Sequence record: OP729297.1
Length of the DNA stretch: 64,000 nucleotides
Strand: one strand, 5' to 3'
The translations under genes and the position numbers were made by a program. The stretch's first letter is position 1, and each line of letters begins with the position of its first letter. Below are positions 53,992-62,314 of the stretch, in pieces. The notes below the pieces were generated by a model. It made no database searches. It was given only the letters and a program-made list of their open reading frames with translations, and had not been told where the DNA came from.

Positions 53992-54150
53992 TTAGATCTT
54001 GCAGCCGCCACCTTCGCATTCATCGGATGCTTCTACAACTTCACCGCCACCGTCACGCATTGTTTCAACACGCTCTTGGGCTTCGTCCAGACCAGGGATA
54101 GATGCAGATTCATCGAAGAATTTCGCTAAGGGGTTTTCAGGTTGGCTCAT
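53992..54150 (-). CDS. Acidic 52-aa peptide ending ECEGGGCKI (not in the track)
   Basis: Start overlaps the end of the upstream gene; stop lies 3 nt before a terminator. Confidence 0.6.
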   Translation of the reverse strand: MSQPENPLAKFFDESASIPGLDEAQERVETMRDGGGEVVEASDECEGGGCKI

Positions 54151-54625
54151 TGCTTTTCTCGTCGTACAATTGTTGGATTTTCTGACCCATCTCGTTCATG
54201 CACGTCACAGCAACAAGGCTGGCGCGACGAGCGAGAATCGGGTCGGTCAAGACGCCAGTGAGAGTGGCATCATCAAAACCCAGAATGTTCATCAGCATAG
54301 CCAGACGAACACTACCGAGTGTCGATTTAGTTTCCGCGTCACCTGCTTGCGCCAGCTTGTTCACAAGCGAGGCACTCAGGTCCTGATACGCAGTATTAAC
54401 CAGACGCTCAGTTTCGTCCAGATGGTTCGTCAGTAACTCAAAACGAACTTCATCAGGAATTTGGAGTTGCAGCAGCGCCAGGCCGACAACCATCTTGCGA
54501 CGCTTCTCTTCGGAGAGACTATCCACAAAACGCGCAGCGTCATCGTCTGGGAAGAGATTCATAAAATCATCAGGCAGACCGAGAGCACGGTAGCGCTGAA
54601 TCGCAACTTCTTTAAGATCAATCAT
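54137..54625 (-). CDS. Hypothetical helical protein
   Basis: GAGG RBS before ATG 54625; the longer track ORF overlaps the upstream gene. Confidence 0.55.
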   Translation of the reverse strand: MIDLKEVAIQRYRALGLPDDFMNLFPDDDAARFVDSLSEEKRRKMVVGLALLQLQIPDEVRFELLTNHLDETERLVNTAYQDLSASLVNKLAQAGDAETKSTLGSVRLAMLMNILGFDDATLTGVLTDPILARRASLVAVTCMNEMGQKIQQLYDEKSNEPT

Positions 54626-54635
54626 TGCTGTTACC

Positions 54636-55418
54636 TCAGCGTTGTTTACGACGCGCTTTCTTCTGGGCGCGTGTTTTGGCACGGAGCTTCTTGCGATCAG
54701 AAGCGGGTGTTGCAGCACGGTCACGGCGTTCGGCAGACCAATTAGAGCCACGGCGTACACGCAGCGCACGACCAGAACCCTGAGGGCCTTTAGGGTCGCC
54801 GGTTGTTTTGAAATCGACGATAGGGCCTCTCTCAGATTGCAGATAATGCAGAGGGAGATGTTCTGGTGTAGATTGGCCGCCACCAGACTCAGCAGGAATA
54901 ACGCCAAGTTGTTCGCCACTAAGACCATACGCAAATGCGGCAAGCGCATCGCCCAAATCTTCGGTCTTCACATTGCCTGCATAGATATCAGTTTGCATAA
55001 TACGTTTCCCTGGTGCTACGTCAACTTTAATACGTCCATCACGAGGCAGATTGTCCATCATTATAGGAAAGCGCTGCACAACACCGCGAGTTACGCCTGA
55101 CGTGCGACGTAACGTAGGTGAGACATGTCCGCGTGGCTGCTGCATACGATCAGCATGAACATCAGCCTGCGAGGCTATGACTTTCTCAAGCGCAGACAGG
55201 TCGAGGTTCTCAAACTTCTTCTGATCCTTGTCTAGCCACAGACCGTACTTGGCCCTCAACTCAGGACTGGATTCAATCATCTGCACAAAACGCTCCAGAT
55301 TACGGCGACGACTTTTTTCAATCTCAGCCATTGCGTCTAAGAACCGTCGATCTTCTGCGTCAGTAACCTGACGTATCTGTGCCTCTGTAGGTTGCGCAGT
55401 GTTGTAATGCTTTTCCAT
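54636..55418 (-). CDS. Hypothetical protein with basic C-tail
   Basis: 260 aa; GAGAGG RBS. Confidence 0.6.
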   Translation of the reverse strand: MEKHYNTAQPTEAQIRQVTDAEDRRFLDAMAEIEKSRRRNLERFVQMIESSPELRAKYGLWLDKDQKKFENLDLSALEKVIASQADVHADRMQQPRGHVSPTLRRTSGVTRGVVQRFPIMMDNLPRDGRIKVDVAPGKRIMQTDIYAGNVKTEDLGDALAAFAYGLSGEQLGVIPAESGGGQSTPEHLPLHYLQSERGPIVDFKTTGDPKGPQGSGRALRVRRGSNWSAERRDRAATPASDRKKLRAKTRAQKKARRKQR

Positions 55419-55443
55419 GTTGAGAGCCTCTCAGTTATTGGTC

Positions 55444-56007
55444 TTAGTTAGACGCTGGTGTTGTTGCGATCACTTCTTTGATGCGGTCGATGCCGTGCTG
55501 CATACGCTGGACAACGCTGTCCATATCCAGGCAGAACATCTTGATAGGAGATGCGTCCAGATGATCAGTCAGGCGATATTCACGCGCATACACAACGGTC
55601 TTAACGCCTTCGGCTTCGAGATCCGCCAAGCAGTTAGGGCACGGCGAATCGGTGCAGAACAGAATGTCTTCTTCGTTTGCCCACATGCTGTACTCTTCCA
55701 TGCGGTTGAGGCAGTTCACCTCTGCATGGATAACTGTGTCGAGCGATAACGTCAGGTCTTCGTTCTCCATGACGTTGCTTGCGCCAGGCTCAGTACCATT
55801 CACGCCGCTGCTCACAATAGTAGGGAAGCCATTGTGGAAGTGAATCAACATCGCAGCAGTCGCACGGCGTTTTGACTTTGAAGCACCAGCCAGAGTAAAC
55901 ACGCTCGCCATGATGTGTTCAGCCTGAGTGATGTTAATCGGTAATTCGTTTAAGGTGCAGCGCACGTTCTTTCCTCCGCTTTTCTCTTTTCGACGTTGAG
56001 CAACCAA
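55444..56007 (-). CDS. dCMP deaminase family protein (start uncertain)
   Basis: S.G.NG...HAE.N...SPCxxC...G...VVY...YR. Confidence 0.88.
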   Translation of the reverse strand: MVAQRRKEKSGGKNVRCTLNELPINITQAEHIMASVFTLAGASKSKRRATAAMLIHFHNGFPTIVSSGVNGTEPGASNVMENEDLTLSLDTVIHAEVNCLNRMEEYSMWANEEDILFCTDSPCPNCLADLEAEGVKTVVYAREYRLTDHLDASPIKMFCLDMDSVVQRMQHGIDRIKEVIATTPASN

Positions 56008-56360
56008 TCAAGATAGGCAAGCCGCAGATTACGGCCTTTACCTTCAACTGGATTTTCATCGCCCTTGTTGCTGATCTTTACAGATTTCTTGGTATGCGAG
56101 ACAAACAGCTTTAGCTCGTCAATGCGATCAGCTATACCCATTTGTTGGGGTATGCAGTCAGACTTAGTGCCACGACACTTGCCTGTCTCGTCAAAGACAA
56201 ACTCGCAATCGTCACAAATGCCATTGTGCCATTCCCAACGTACAGTCCAACCACGAAGCACCCACACCTGCTGCATGACCGCTTCGGCATCACGATGAAT
56301 CTGCTCGTAGTAACGGCGGATTTCATCGGACGAGGCATCATCACTCAGCTGGCGATACAT
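55950..56360 (-). CDS. Hypothetical protein
   Basis: GGAGA RBS before ATG 56360. Confidence 0.5.
   Translation of the reverse strand: MYRQLSDDASSDEIRRYYEQIHRDAEAVMQQVWVLRGWTVRWEWHNGICDDCEFVFDETGKCRGTKSDCIPQQMGIADRIDELKLFVSHTKKSVKISNKGDENPVEGKGRNLRLAYLDWLLNVEKRKAEERTCAAP
56077..56087 (-). promoter_or_regulatory. AAWCTGTAAA motif
   Basis: AAATCTGTAAA, 70 nt upstream of the deaminase ORF start. Confidence 0.4.
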
Positions 56361-56820
56361 AGACTTTCTCCCGCAGTGCACCGAAGTGGTAGAGCTTACC
56401 TTCTGTTTTAGACTCGCGCAGTTGCTTAACACGCTCGGCGCGAAGTACAGCCCACGTAAACACGGCAGTTGTCAGGTCAGGACCAACGATACGCGGTCCG
56501 TTCTGCAACGCACGTCCGTAGTCCTGAGATAGGTTGCGATAGATAGGATTGCGGGACCACACGTTAAACTCCCACACAATTCTGTCTTCTTCGCCAGGCT
56601 TTGGTTTGTGTCGTGGATCGACAGTGCGCTCGACATGCAGACCATAGCGCTCAATCACAAGCAGAATGTTCTCTGCCGACTCAGGACGCCAGTGACTGAC
56701 AAGACCCATTGGTTTGCCAGTTGCATCGACGTAACAGGCAGATGGGCCGTCGCTTACTACGGACATATCGAGCGCCTTAACCAGACGCTCACGTAACTCA
56801 GTGAAGGACGAGGGTGCCAT
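56341..56820 (-). CDS. Hypothetical protein
   Basis: 159-aa ORF. Confidence 0.5.
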   Translation of the reverse strand: MAPSSFTELRERLVKALDMSVVSDGPSACYVDATGKPMGLVSHWRPESAENILLVIERYGLHVERTVDPRHKPKPGEEDRIVWEFNVWSRNPIYRNLSQDYGRALQNGPRIVGPDLTTAVFTWAVLRAERVKQLRESKTEGKLYHFGALREKVYVSPAE

Positions 56821-57181
56821 CGACTACCTCTGCTTTATCGAAGCCACGAATAGTCGTGAAGCTATCGTTATCACGGAACACAATGAAGTCACCAGGCTTG
56901 AGTTCGACTTCAACGTCCATATCACGAACGTTGAGTACCATGTAGGCATAACCGCCTACGATGGAATCTTCGATGCAGTTTGGAAACAGCTTGTCGCACA
57001 CGCGGTTGCGAACAAAGTCAGGCGCAGCTTTAGGATCGCCGTCAAAGAAGATGATATCAAACAGCGGACCATCTTCATAGCCGTTACGCAACTGCTCCAG
57101 AAAACGCATTTTCAATACAGCAACGATCTTACGCACTCTTGCCTCCGAACTGCTCAGGGAATTTGTTGTACAGGTACGCAT
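56798..57181 (-). CDS. Hypothetical protein (true start may be 57109)
   Basis: ELKPGDFIVF...F C-terminal motif. Confidence 0.5.
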   Translation of the reverse strand: MRTCTTNSLSSSEARVRKIVAVLKMRFLEQLRNGYEDGPLFDIIFFDGDPKAAPDFVRNRVCDKLFPNCIEDSIVGGYAYMVLNVRDMDVEVELKPGDFIVFRDNDSFTTIRGFDKAEVVDGTLVLH

Positions 57182-57827
57182 TGAGCATTTCTTTCATGCG
57201 GTGCTCAGTGAGCGCGTGATTGTGATGCCAGCTGGAGAAGTGCATCTTACGCATCTCCAGCGGCTGCGTCAGGTACGCTCGCCAATCACCGTTCCAGACA
57301 AACTGGTGGCTATTGCTCGAATGAATGCCAAGCACAACAGGCTCAGCGTCACACAGACTGGCAGCTTGACGGCGATACGTGTGGAGCATCAGAATGTCTT
57401 TCTCTTCGGCAGGTCGCGTCAGATACTTGATCAGTTCGCGGCTGAACATGTTCGTCTTGTTGCGACGAATAAGAGTAGACGCACCATCTTCTTCGAGAAA
57501 TGCAGTCTCCAGCTCACGCATCAGCAGATCGAGGCCGTAGATAAGAGCCTCAAGAACAACGTGCGCATTCTTGCGGCATCGCTCCAGCGATTCAAACAAA
57601 TCAAACTGACGGCGATCAATAACAGGCCCTGTGATATGGACAACGGACATGAGATCAATCTTGTTGAGATTTTCGACGATGCGGTCTTCCCAGAAAGACT
57701 CGTCAATTGTACCGCCAAGACGAACGACGTCTAAAGCGAAGGACAGGAGTTGCGCTGAACCTTCGCGGAATGAAAAACCATTGACGATGTGCTGAGGCAG
57801 ATCGCGCAGATCTTGTTTCTGTTCCAT
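57129..57827 (-). CDS. Hypothetical protein
   Basis: GGAGAG RBS before ATG 57827. Confidence 0.55.
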   Translation of the reverse strand: MEQKQDLRDLPQHIVNGFSFREGSAQLLSFALDVVRLGGTIDESFWEDRIVENLNKIDLMSVVHITGPVIDRRQFDLFESLERCRKNAHVVLEALIYGLDLLMRELETAFLEEDGASTLIRRNKTNMFSRELIKYLTRPAEEKDILMLHTYRRQAASLCDAEPVVLGIHSSNSHQFVWNGDWRAYLTQPLEMRKMHFSSWHHNHALTEHRMKEMLNAYLYNKFPEQFGGKSA

Positions 57828-57828
57828 A

Positions 57829-58410
57829 CTACTCTCCCAGCAGACTGTGGATTTGAACGTACACCATGCCTTGTTGTTTATTGTAGTCGGCACTTACGTT
57901 TACGTCGCGGTTGTTGGACAGATGCGCACTACCTTTCCAGTAGCCGTCGTATTGCTCTTTCATGTTGTACGCACGAACGCAGGTAACGTCGTTCTCTTTC
58001 AGACTGTCCAGCGTGTCGAGAATGCGGCACACGTCCTGTTCAACCTGCACGTTGTTATCTTTGGACATAGCGAGGAAGCTGGTACCGAAAGAGATTACAC
58101 ACAACAACATCCACGCCCAGAAGATATTGCGATTCTTTTTCTTCGTCAGTGTATCGCGCTTCCACAAGTAGATAGGAATGAACAGCAACCAGCCCCACGA
58201 TGGCGAAGTGTTGCCGCTGTCCATAATCTTACGAACATCGAGAACCACCGCAACCGAGTAGATTGCGACAACAACGATTGACGGCCAGATGGCGTTGTAG
58301 TCGAACAGGAAGTCACTGGCCATTGCCCAAAGAATACCGATGAACATCAGACCCAGCGGCCAGCTATCGTACTCACGCAGGTCGAAATACTTAGACAGGA
58401 ACTCTTTCAT
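57829..58410 (-). CDS. Multi-pass membrane protein with C-terminal soluble domain
   Basis: Four hydrophobic segments, GWLLFIPIYLWKR motif; AAGGA RBS. Confidence 0.7.
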   Translation of the reverse strand: MKEFLSKYFDLREYDSWPLGLMFIGILWAMASDFLFDYNAIWPSIVVVAIYSVAVVLDVRKIMDSGNTSPSWGWLLFIPIYLWKRDTLTKKKNRNIFWAWMLLCVISFGTSFLAMSKDNNVQVEQDVCRILDTLDSLKENDVTCVRAYNMKEQYDGYWKGSAHLSNNRDVNVSADYNKQQGMVYVQIHSLLGE

Positions 58411-58454
58411 TTTTATATCCTTAATGTGTAGTCAAATGGTTGGTACGTTATTGT

Positions 58455-58465
58455 TTTACAGATTA
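58455..58465 (-). promoter_or_regulatory. AAWCTGTAAA motif
   Basis: TAATCTGTAAA, intergenic, 45 nt upstream of start 58410. Confidence 0.5.
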
Positions 58466-58774
58466 CTTCTTGGAGCAGTATTTCTGGTAAAGCTCGTCGG
58501 CTCTGTATTCGGCCGCACGTTGATGGCTCTCGGCACCACCATGAAGACCAGCAATGTAGCGCTTGCGTTCTTCGATTTGCAGAGTGCGCCGTTCGATTTC
58601 CACAATCAGCGCTTCGTCCGACCAGTCAGGAATTGATGAAGGACAGATCACACCGCAGGCGTCTTTTTCGTCTTTCGAAACGTACCATGCGACAGCGCTA
58701 ATCTTTTCCAGTTCACGCACGATGCTAAACAGAACGCGTTTCAGTTTGGGATTTGCTTCATGTTCAGGTGTCAT
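58463..58774 (-). CDS. Hypothetical protein
   Basis: 103 aa; GAGG RBS. Confidence 0.55.
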   Translation of the reverse strand: MTPEHEANPKLKRVLFSIVRELEKISAVAWYVSKDEKDACGVICPSSIPDWSDEALIVEIERRTLQIEERKRYIAGLHGGAESHQRAAEYRADELYQKYCSKK

Positions 58775-58781
58775 AGCAGCC

Positions 58782-59624
58782 TCAGTAGTTCATTGCCAGA
58801 ATTTCAACAGTACCATGCGAGCCACTCTGGCCGTTGTTCATCGCATAGCTTTTGTTCGGGTACAGCACGGTAGTTGCGTGTTTCTTTAACCAGCGTTTCA
58901 ACAAATCGTTTGAGAAGTGTCGGTGCTCGGTCACGTTGCTCAACATCCAGGGTACACCTAAACGATTGAGTTGTTCCAGAGTGGCAAGCAGGTTACGCTC
59001 GTTCGTTTCAGTCCACTTGCCATACTGCATTGCACCGCTCGCCAGATATGGAGGGTCGAAGTAGCAGAACGTGTTGCAGTTCAGTTGGTGGCCTAAGCGA
59101 CTCAGCAACTTACCATACTTCATGTTCGTCAGGTGAACGCCTTGCATGTGACTGTGGAAGGTAGTGAGTTCGTGCTCCAGCTCGTCGAACTTACCAATCA
59201 AGCCACGATCACCAAAGCCTACGTTGTACACACCCTGCTGGTTGAAGCGCAGCATGTTCGAGTGCGCGTGTCTGTGTGCAACGTAATGTAGTATCGGTGT
59301 ACGCTTCTTCTGGACGACAGTTCGAAACGCATCATAGTTCGCTTCGTTGCTGTTTGTCAGACACCAGTGTTTGACCAGGCGCTTAACTTGACCGAGAGTT
59401 TTCTTCGGGTCTTGTTCCACCAGCATCTTAACGATCTCAAACACCTGAGGACTAAGCTCATTGTACACGCGAAACTTCTGTGGCATGTTAGCGCAGACGG
59501 TAGCACTACCACCAAACACATCTACCATACGCGGACAGTCCTGTACGCTTGGTGTGTGCTCAAGAATAAGAGGGATAAGGCTTCGCTTATTGCCCTGATA
59601 ACGGATTGGACTGATTACGGTCAT
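58782..59624 (-). CDS. dam: Dam-family (D12 class) N6-adenine DNA methyltransferase
   Basis: SPIRY.GNK, D.FGGSA.V, YFDPPY; target sequence unknown. Confidence 0.88.
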   Translation of the reverse strand: MTVISPIRYQGNKRSLIPLILEHTPSVQDCPRMVDVFGGSATVCANMPQKFRVYNELSPQVFEIVKMLVEQDPKKTLGQVKRLVKHWCLTNSNEANYDAFRTVVQKKRTPILHYVAHRHAHSNMLRFNQQGVYNVGFGDRGLIGKFDELEHELTTFHSHMQGVHLTNMKYGKLLSRLGHQLNCNTFCYFDPPYLASGAMQYGKWTETNERNLLATLEQLNRLGVPWMLSNVTEHRHFSNDLLKRWLKKHATTVLYPNKSYAMNNGQSGSHGTVEILAMNY

Positions 59625-59644
59625 TTTTCTCTCCTTTATCAGTA

Positions 59645-59655
59645 TTTACAGTTTT
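59645..59655 (-). promoter_or_regulatory. AAWCTGTAAA motif
   Basis: AAAACTGTAAA, intergenic, 21 nt upstream of start 59624. Confidence 0.5.
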
Positions 59656-59776
59656 TAAGCGCTTCCCACTGCTCAAGAAAAAGGTGGTGTTTCTACGCTG
59701 CCTACACATGGTTTTATACTGTTTACGCACGGTTCTACATGGTCCTTATGGGCTTGTTTTAGTTGTCTAAGATCAG

Positions 59777-59803
59777 AAAAGGGCAGCCTAATGGCCACCC
59801 TTT
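59777..59803 (-). terminator. Rho-independent terminator
   Basis: AAAGGGTGGCC-ATTA-GGCTGCCCTTTT on the - strand. Confidence 0.85.
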
Positions 59804-59808
59804 GAGTA

Positions 59809-59835
59809 TTACCAGTCGTAGAACCAATCGCTCAT
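59809..59835 (-). CDS. Micro-ORF MSDWFYDW (8 aa)
   Basis: TAAAGGAG RBS 6 nt before ATG; stop 5 nt before the terminator stem. Confidence 0.5.
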   Translation of the reverse strand: MSDWFYDW

Positions 59836-59862
59836 GATCGTCTCCTTTAGCTGGTTAGGTTA

Positions 59863-60246
59863 TTAGGCTTCGATCTCATGATAGTATGAGTTATCGAACA
59901 CGGCCTGCTCAACCTTATCCCGCACAGCAGCCCATTCAGCCAGAGTGCGCTCAGGCCCACAGAAGTGCCAAATTTCACACTCGCCACCTTCAAGGAAGAA
60001 AGCGAGAGCTGGTACGCTTACGTGACTCTCGTTATCAGGCAGAACGTCGTCTGGATGCAGACCGATATCAGCAGTGAACTGTTCGATGTGACCAGCACCA
60101 ATCATCTCACGATGCAGTGCCTGTACAGCGTCCAGATTAATGACGTGGTTAACAGGAGCTAGCTGGCCGAAAAAGTCAGTGGCCGACACAGTTGATACTG
60201 TAGGTACAGACTTAACGATCACAGGTGGTCGAATAAAACGAGGCAT
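59863..60246 (-). CDS. Hypothetical protein
   Basis: 127 aa. Confidence 0.55.
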   Translation of the reverse strand: MPRFIRPPVIVKSVPTVSTVSATDFFGQLAPVNHVINLDAVQALHREMIGAGHIEQFTADIGLHPDDVLPDNESHVSVPALAFFLEGGECEIWHFCGPERTLAEWAAVRDKVEQAVFDNSYYHEIEA

Positions 60247-60260
60247 GTTTGTGCTCCAGA

Positions 60261-60695
60261 TTACTTGGCGACTACTGCACGAACAGCGCAGTCTTTGGCT
60301 TCGAGAAGTTTACGCAGACCCGCAGACTTCTCAGCACCGTCAGGCAGATACAGGTCCATCTCTTGCGCCAGCAGCGCGAAAGGTTTACTGACACGCTGCA
60401 AATGAGGCGGCAGATGGGCGTATGCGAAATACTGCATGATCTGATTTTTCGACATGGCGGAGTCGGTGCGGATGCAGGCTTCTTCCAGAACAACTTCTGG
60501 AGCAAACTGATACAGGTCAGCCTGAGCCGAAGCCGCTTCGCCAGCATTCTGCAACATGTTCCACGCCTTCTCGTCAGCATGAACAACGGTCGCGCCACTG
60601 TCTTTCAGCATCGCAGCAATGCGACAGTAGGCAGCAGACTTACCGCTACCAACATCACCGAGAATACGCACGATGATTTTGTGTTTATTTTCCAT
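60261..60695 (-). CDS. Two-part protein: P-loop-like N-terminus plus helical-hairpin domain with possible Acb2/Tad1-like register
   Basis: GDVGSGKS; QYFAYAHLP.HLQ.VS.PF..LA...LP.G.EKS..LRKLLEAKDCAVRA. Confidence 0.5.
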   Translation of the reverse strand: MENKHKIIVRILGDVGSGKSAAYCRIAAMLKDSGATVVHADEKAWNMLQNAGEAASAQADLYQFAPEVVLEEACIRTDSAMSKNQIMQYFAYAHLPPHLQRVSKPFALLAQEMDLYLPDGAEKSAGLRKLLEAKDCAVRAVVAK

Positions 60696-60859
60696 TACGA
60701 ACATCCTTTAAGGAGATAACGAAAGACCATGAAGTTACAGAAACCCACAGCGATAAGTCCAACAATTGATAGATTGCAGGAAGGGTCCCACTTCAACCAA
60801 AGATTCAGTACAAGAGTGCCAACTGCAAGCACAATAAAGATGATGCAGATGACATACAT
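60695..60859 (-). CDS. Small two-TM protein, 54 aa (not in the track)
   Basis: MYVICIIFIVLAVGTLVLNLW...; TAATG coupling to the 60695 start. Confidence 0.45.
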   Translation of the reverse strand: MYVICIIFIVLAVGTLVLNLWLKWDPSCNLSIVGLIAVGFCNFMVFRYLLKGCS

Positions 60860-60882
60860 TATCACGCAGAAAGTTTTCAGAG

Positions 60883-61399
60883 CTACTTCCTCACGAATGG
60901 GAGAGTTAGATCGAGAAGTTCACTGTCAGTCATTTCATCAAGGTCTTTGCTGGTGGTGCCTAGTCCAAACGTCTGACTAAACTTTTCACCTGCTGCATCG
61001 TTGTCACCAAGACAGACGAAGCGTAGACCGAGAAGACGCAACTGATGGTAAAGGTGCAGACTAACATCCGAACCTAGAACGGACCAAGCGTTAAGTCCAA
61101 CGCGATGCAGAGCACATGCCTTGAACACAGACTCAGTTAAGAATACGGTCGACCCGTTCAGGTTTAATTTCCGATCCCCACACCAACTGCTTGCCACCGA
61201 ATGCTCGCGTGAAGTAGCGACACTCTTTTGGGTTCTTATCGTGCTTTGGTGCATCTGGTGTGTAGACCTGTAGACCGCGCATGGCTCGATCAAAGCCAAA
61301 CAGAGGCACGGTCATTTGCGTTTCACTTAGCCAACAGTGATAGGAAGAAGGAGCAAATCCCCTTGATTCCAGATGACGATACAAGCTCGTTGTGTTCAT
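60883..61399 (-). pseudogene. Toprim/primase-like gene split by a +1 frameshift near 61165-61180
   Basis: One frame gives ..RYFT...LVWGSE; the +1 frame continues LNLNGSTVFLTESVFKA...LGS...GDNDAAG...KDLDE. Confidence 0.7.
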
Positions 61400-61616
61400 G
61401 GTGCTCTCCTGATTCGTACTCAGAGAACTGCATCACAAACAACGATTCTGGGATTACCCACACGCTATCAGCAGGTCTGTCTGACGTAGGTTCGAGATTA
61501 CGATAGACAACCATAGGTAGTGAGCAATCCTGTCCGTGTGCAGCAATGCAGTCAACAATAAATGGCTTGTCGCTATGCGACTTGTAGATATGGCCGACTG
61601 TAATGTCACTAATCAT
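61323..61616 (-). CDS. DUF1653-like protein
   Basis: G.IYK.H...F.V..IA.H......MVVYR...VWV.P...F. Confidence 0.55.
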   Translation of the reverse strand: MISDITVGHIYKSHSDKPFIVDCIAAHGQDCSLPMVVYRNLEPTSDRPADSVWVIPESLFVMQFSEYESGEHHEHNELVSSSGIKGICSFFLSLLAK

Positions 61617-61645
61617 ACTTGCTCCTCACACGGACAGACCGTGCG

Positions 61646-61855
61646 TTACGATTTAGAGTTGTTGGTCCGCATCAAGAACACCGTTGACATGTTGTTAATG
61701 AAACAAACAACGAGAACGATCAGCAGAGGTGTGGTTACTTCCTTCGATATGTCCATAACAACATTGAACACAATCAGAGCGAAGATCACCAGAGTCAGGA
61801 ACAAGCCTGAGACAAACGCGCTACAGGACAAAAGGAATTGAATGCGCTTACTCAT
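61646..61855 (-). CDS. Two-TM membrane protein
   Basis: Two hydrophobic helices; GAAG RBS. Confidence 0.55.
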   Translation of the reverse strand: MSKRIQFLLSCSAFVSGLFLTLVIFALIVFNVVMDISKEVTTPLLIVLVVCFINNMSTVFLMRTNNSKS

Positions 61856-62310
61856 GCTTGCTTCTCCACAGCTACCCACTGCATACCTGACAGACCTTGC
61901 TGCAAGCGATAGAGTTTCTCTCGCTTACCTTTAGGCGTCACGCCACAGATGAAGTAGCCTTTCTTAAATGACTTAGGCTTACCGCTCATTGCCTTTTCGA
62001 GAGTTTTGATGTTCTCGGCGACAGGGCTATCGAAGCGTTTAAAGAAGATCGAATACGACACGTACTTGCTCGCTCCCCACTCGTCGATCTTTTCGAGTAA
62101 CGCATCAGGGTAACAAGCGATAGGCTCAGAAGTACCTGGCTCAATATAGAAGCAGGTGTTAGCGCCAGTCTTGCCGACGATATACATCTGGCCTTTGATT
62201 TCCACAGAGTAACGCCAGTCGAACAACGAACGAATCTCAGGCTCGTGATTCGCTTCGGTCGATAGCGCTTTTTTCACTTGCTGTTTTAAAATAGAAAACA
62301 GGTTCATCAT
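61852..62310 (-). CDS. Hypothetical protein
   Basis: GAGGG RBS. Confidence 0.55.
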   Translation of the reverse strand: MMNLFSILKQQVKKALSTEANHEPEIRSLFDWRYSVEIKGQMYIVGKTGANTCFYIEPGTSEPIACYPDALLEKIDEWGASKYVSYSIFFKRFDSPVAENIKTLEKAMSGKPKSFKKGYFICGVTPKGKREKLYRLQQGLSGMQWVAVEKQA

Positions 62311-62314
62311 GCCC

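Noticed and set aside
54137-54949. 270-aa version of the 54137 gene
   Set aside because: The N-terminal extension overlaps 54636-55418 by more than 300 nt; the internal ATG at 54625 has a GAGG RBS.
59656-59776. Possible tRNA or ncRNA in the 120-nt gap upstream of dam
   Set aside because: No cloverleaf, T-loop or convincing stem pattern found by eye; a covariance-model search would be needed.
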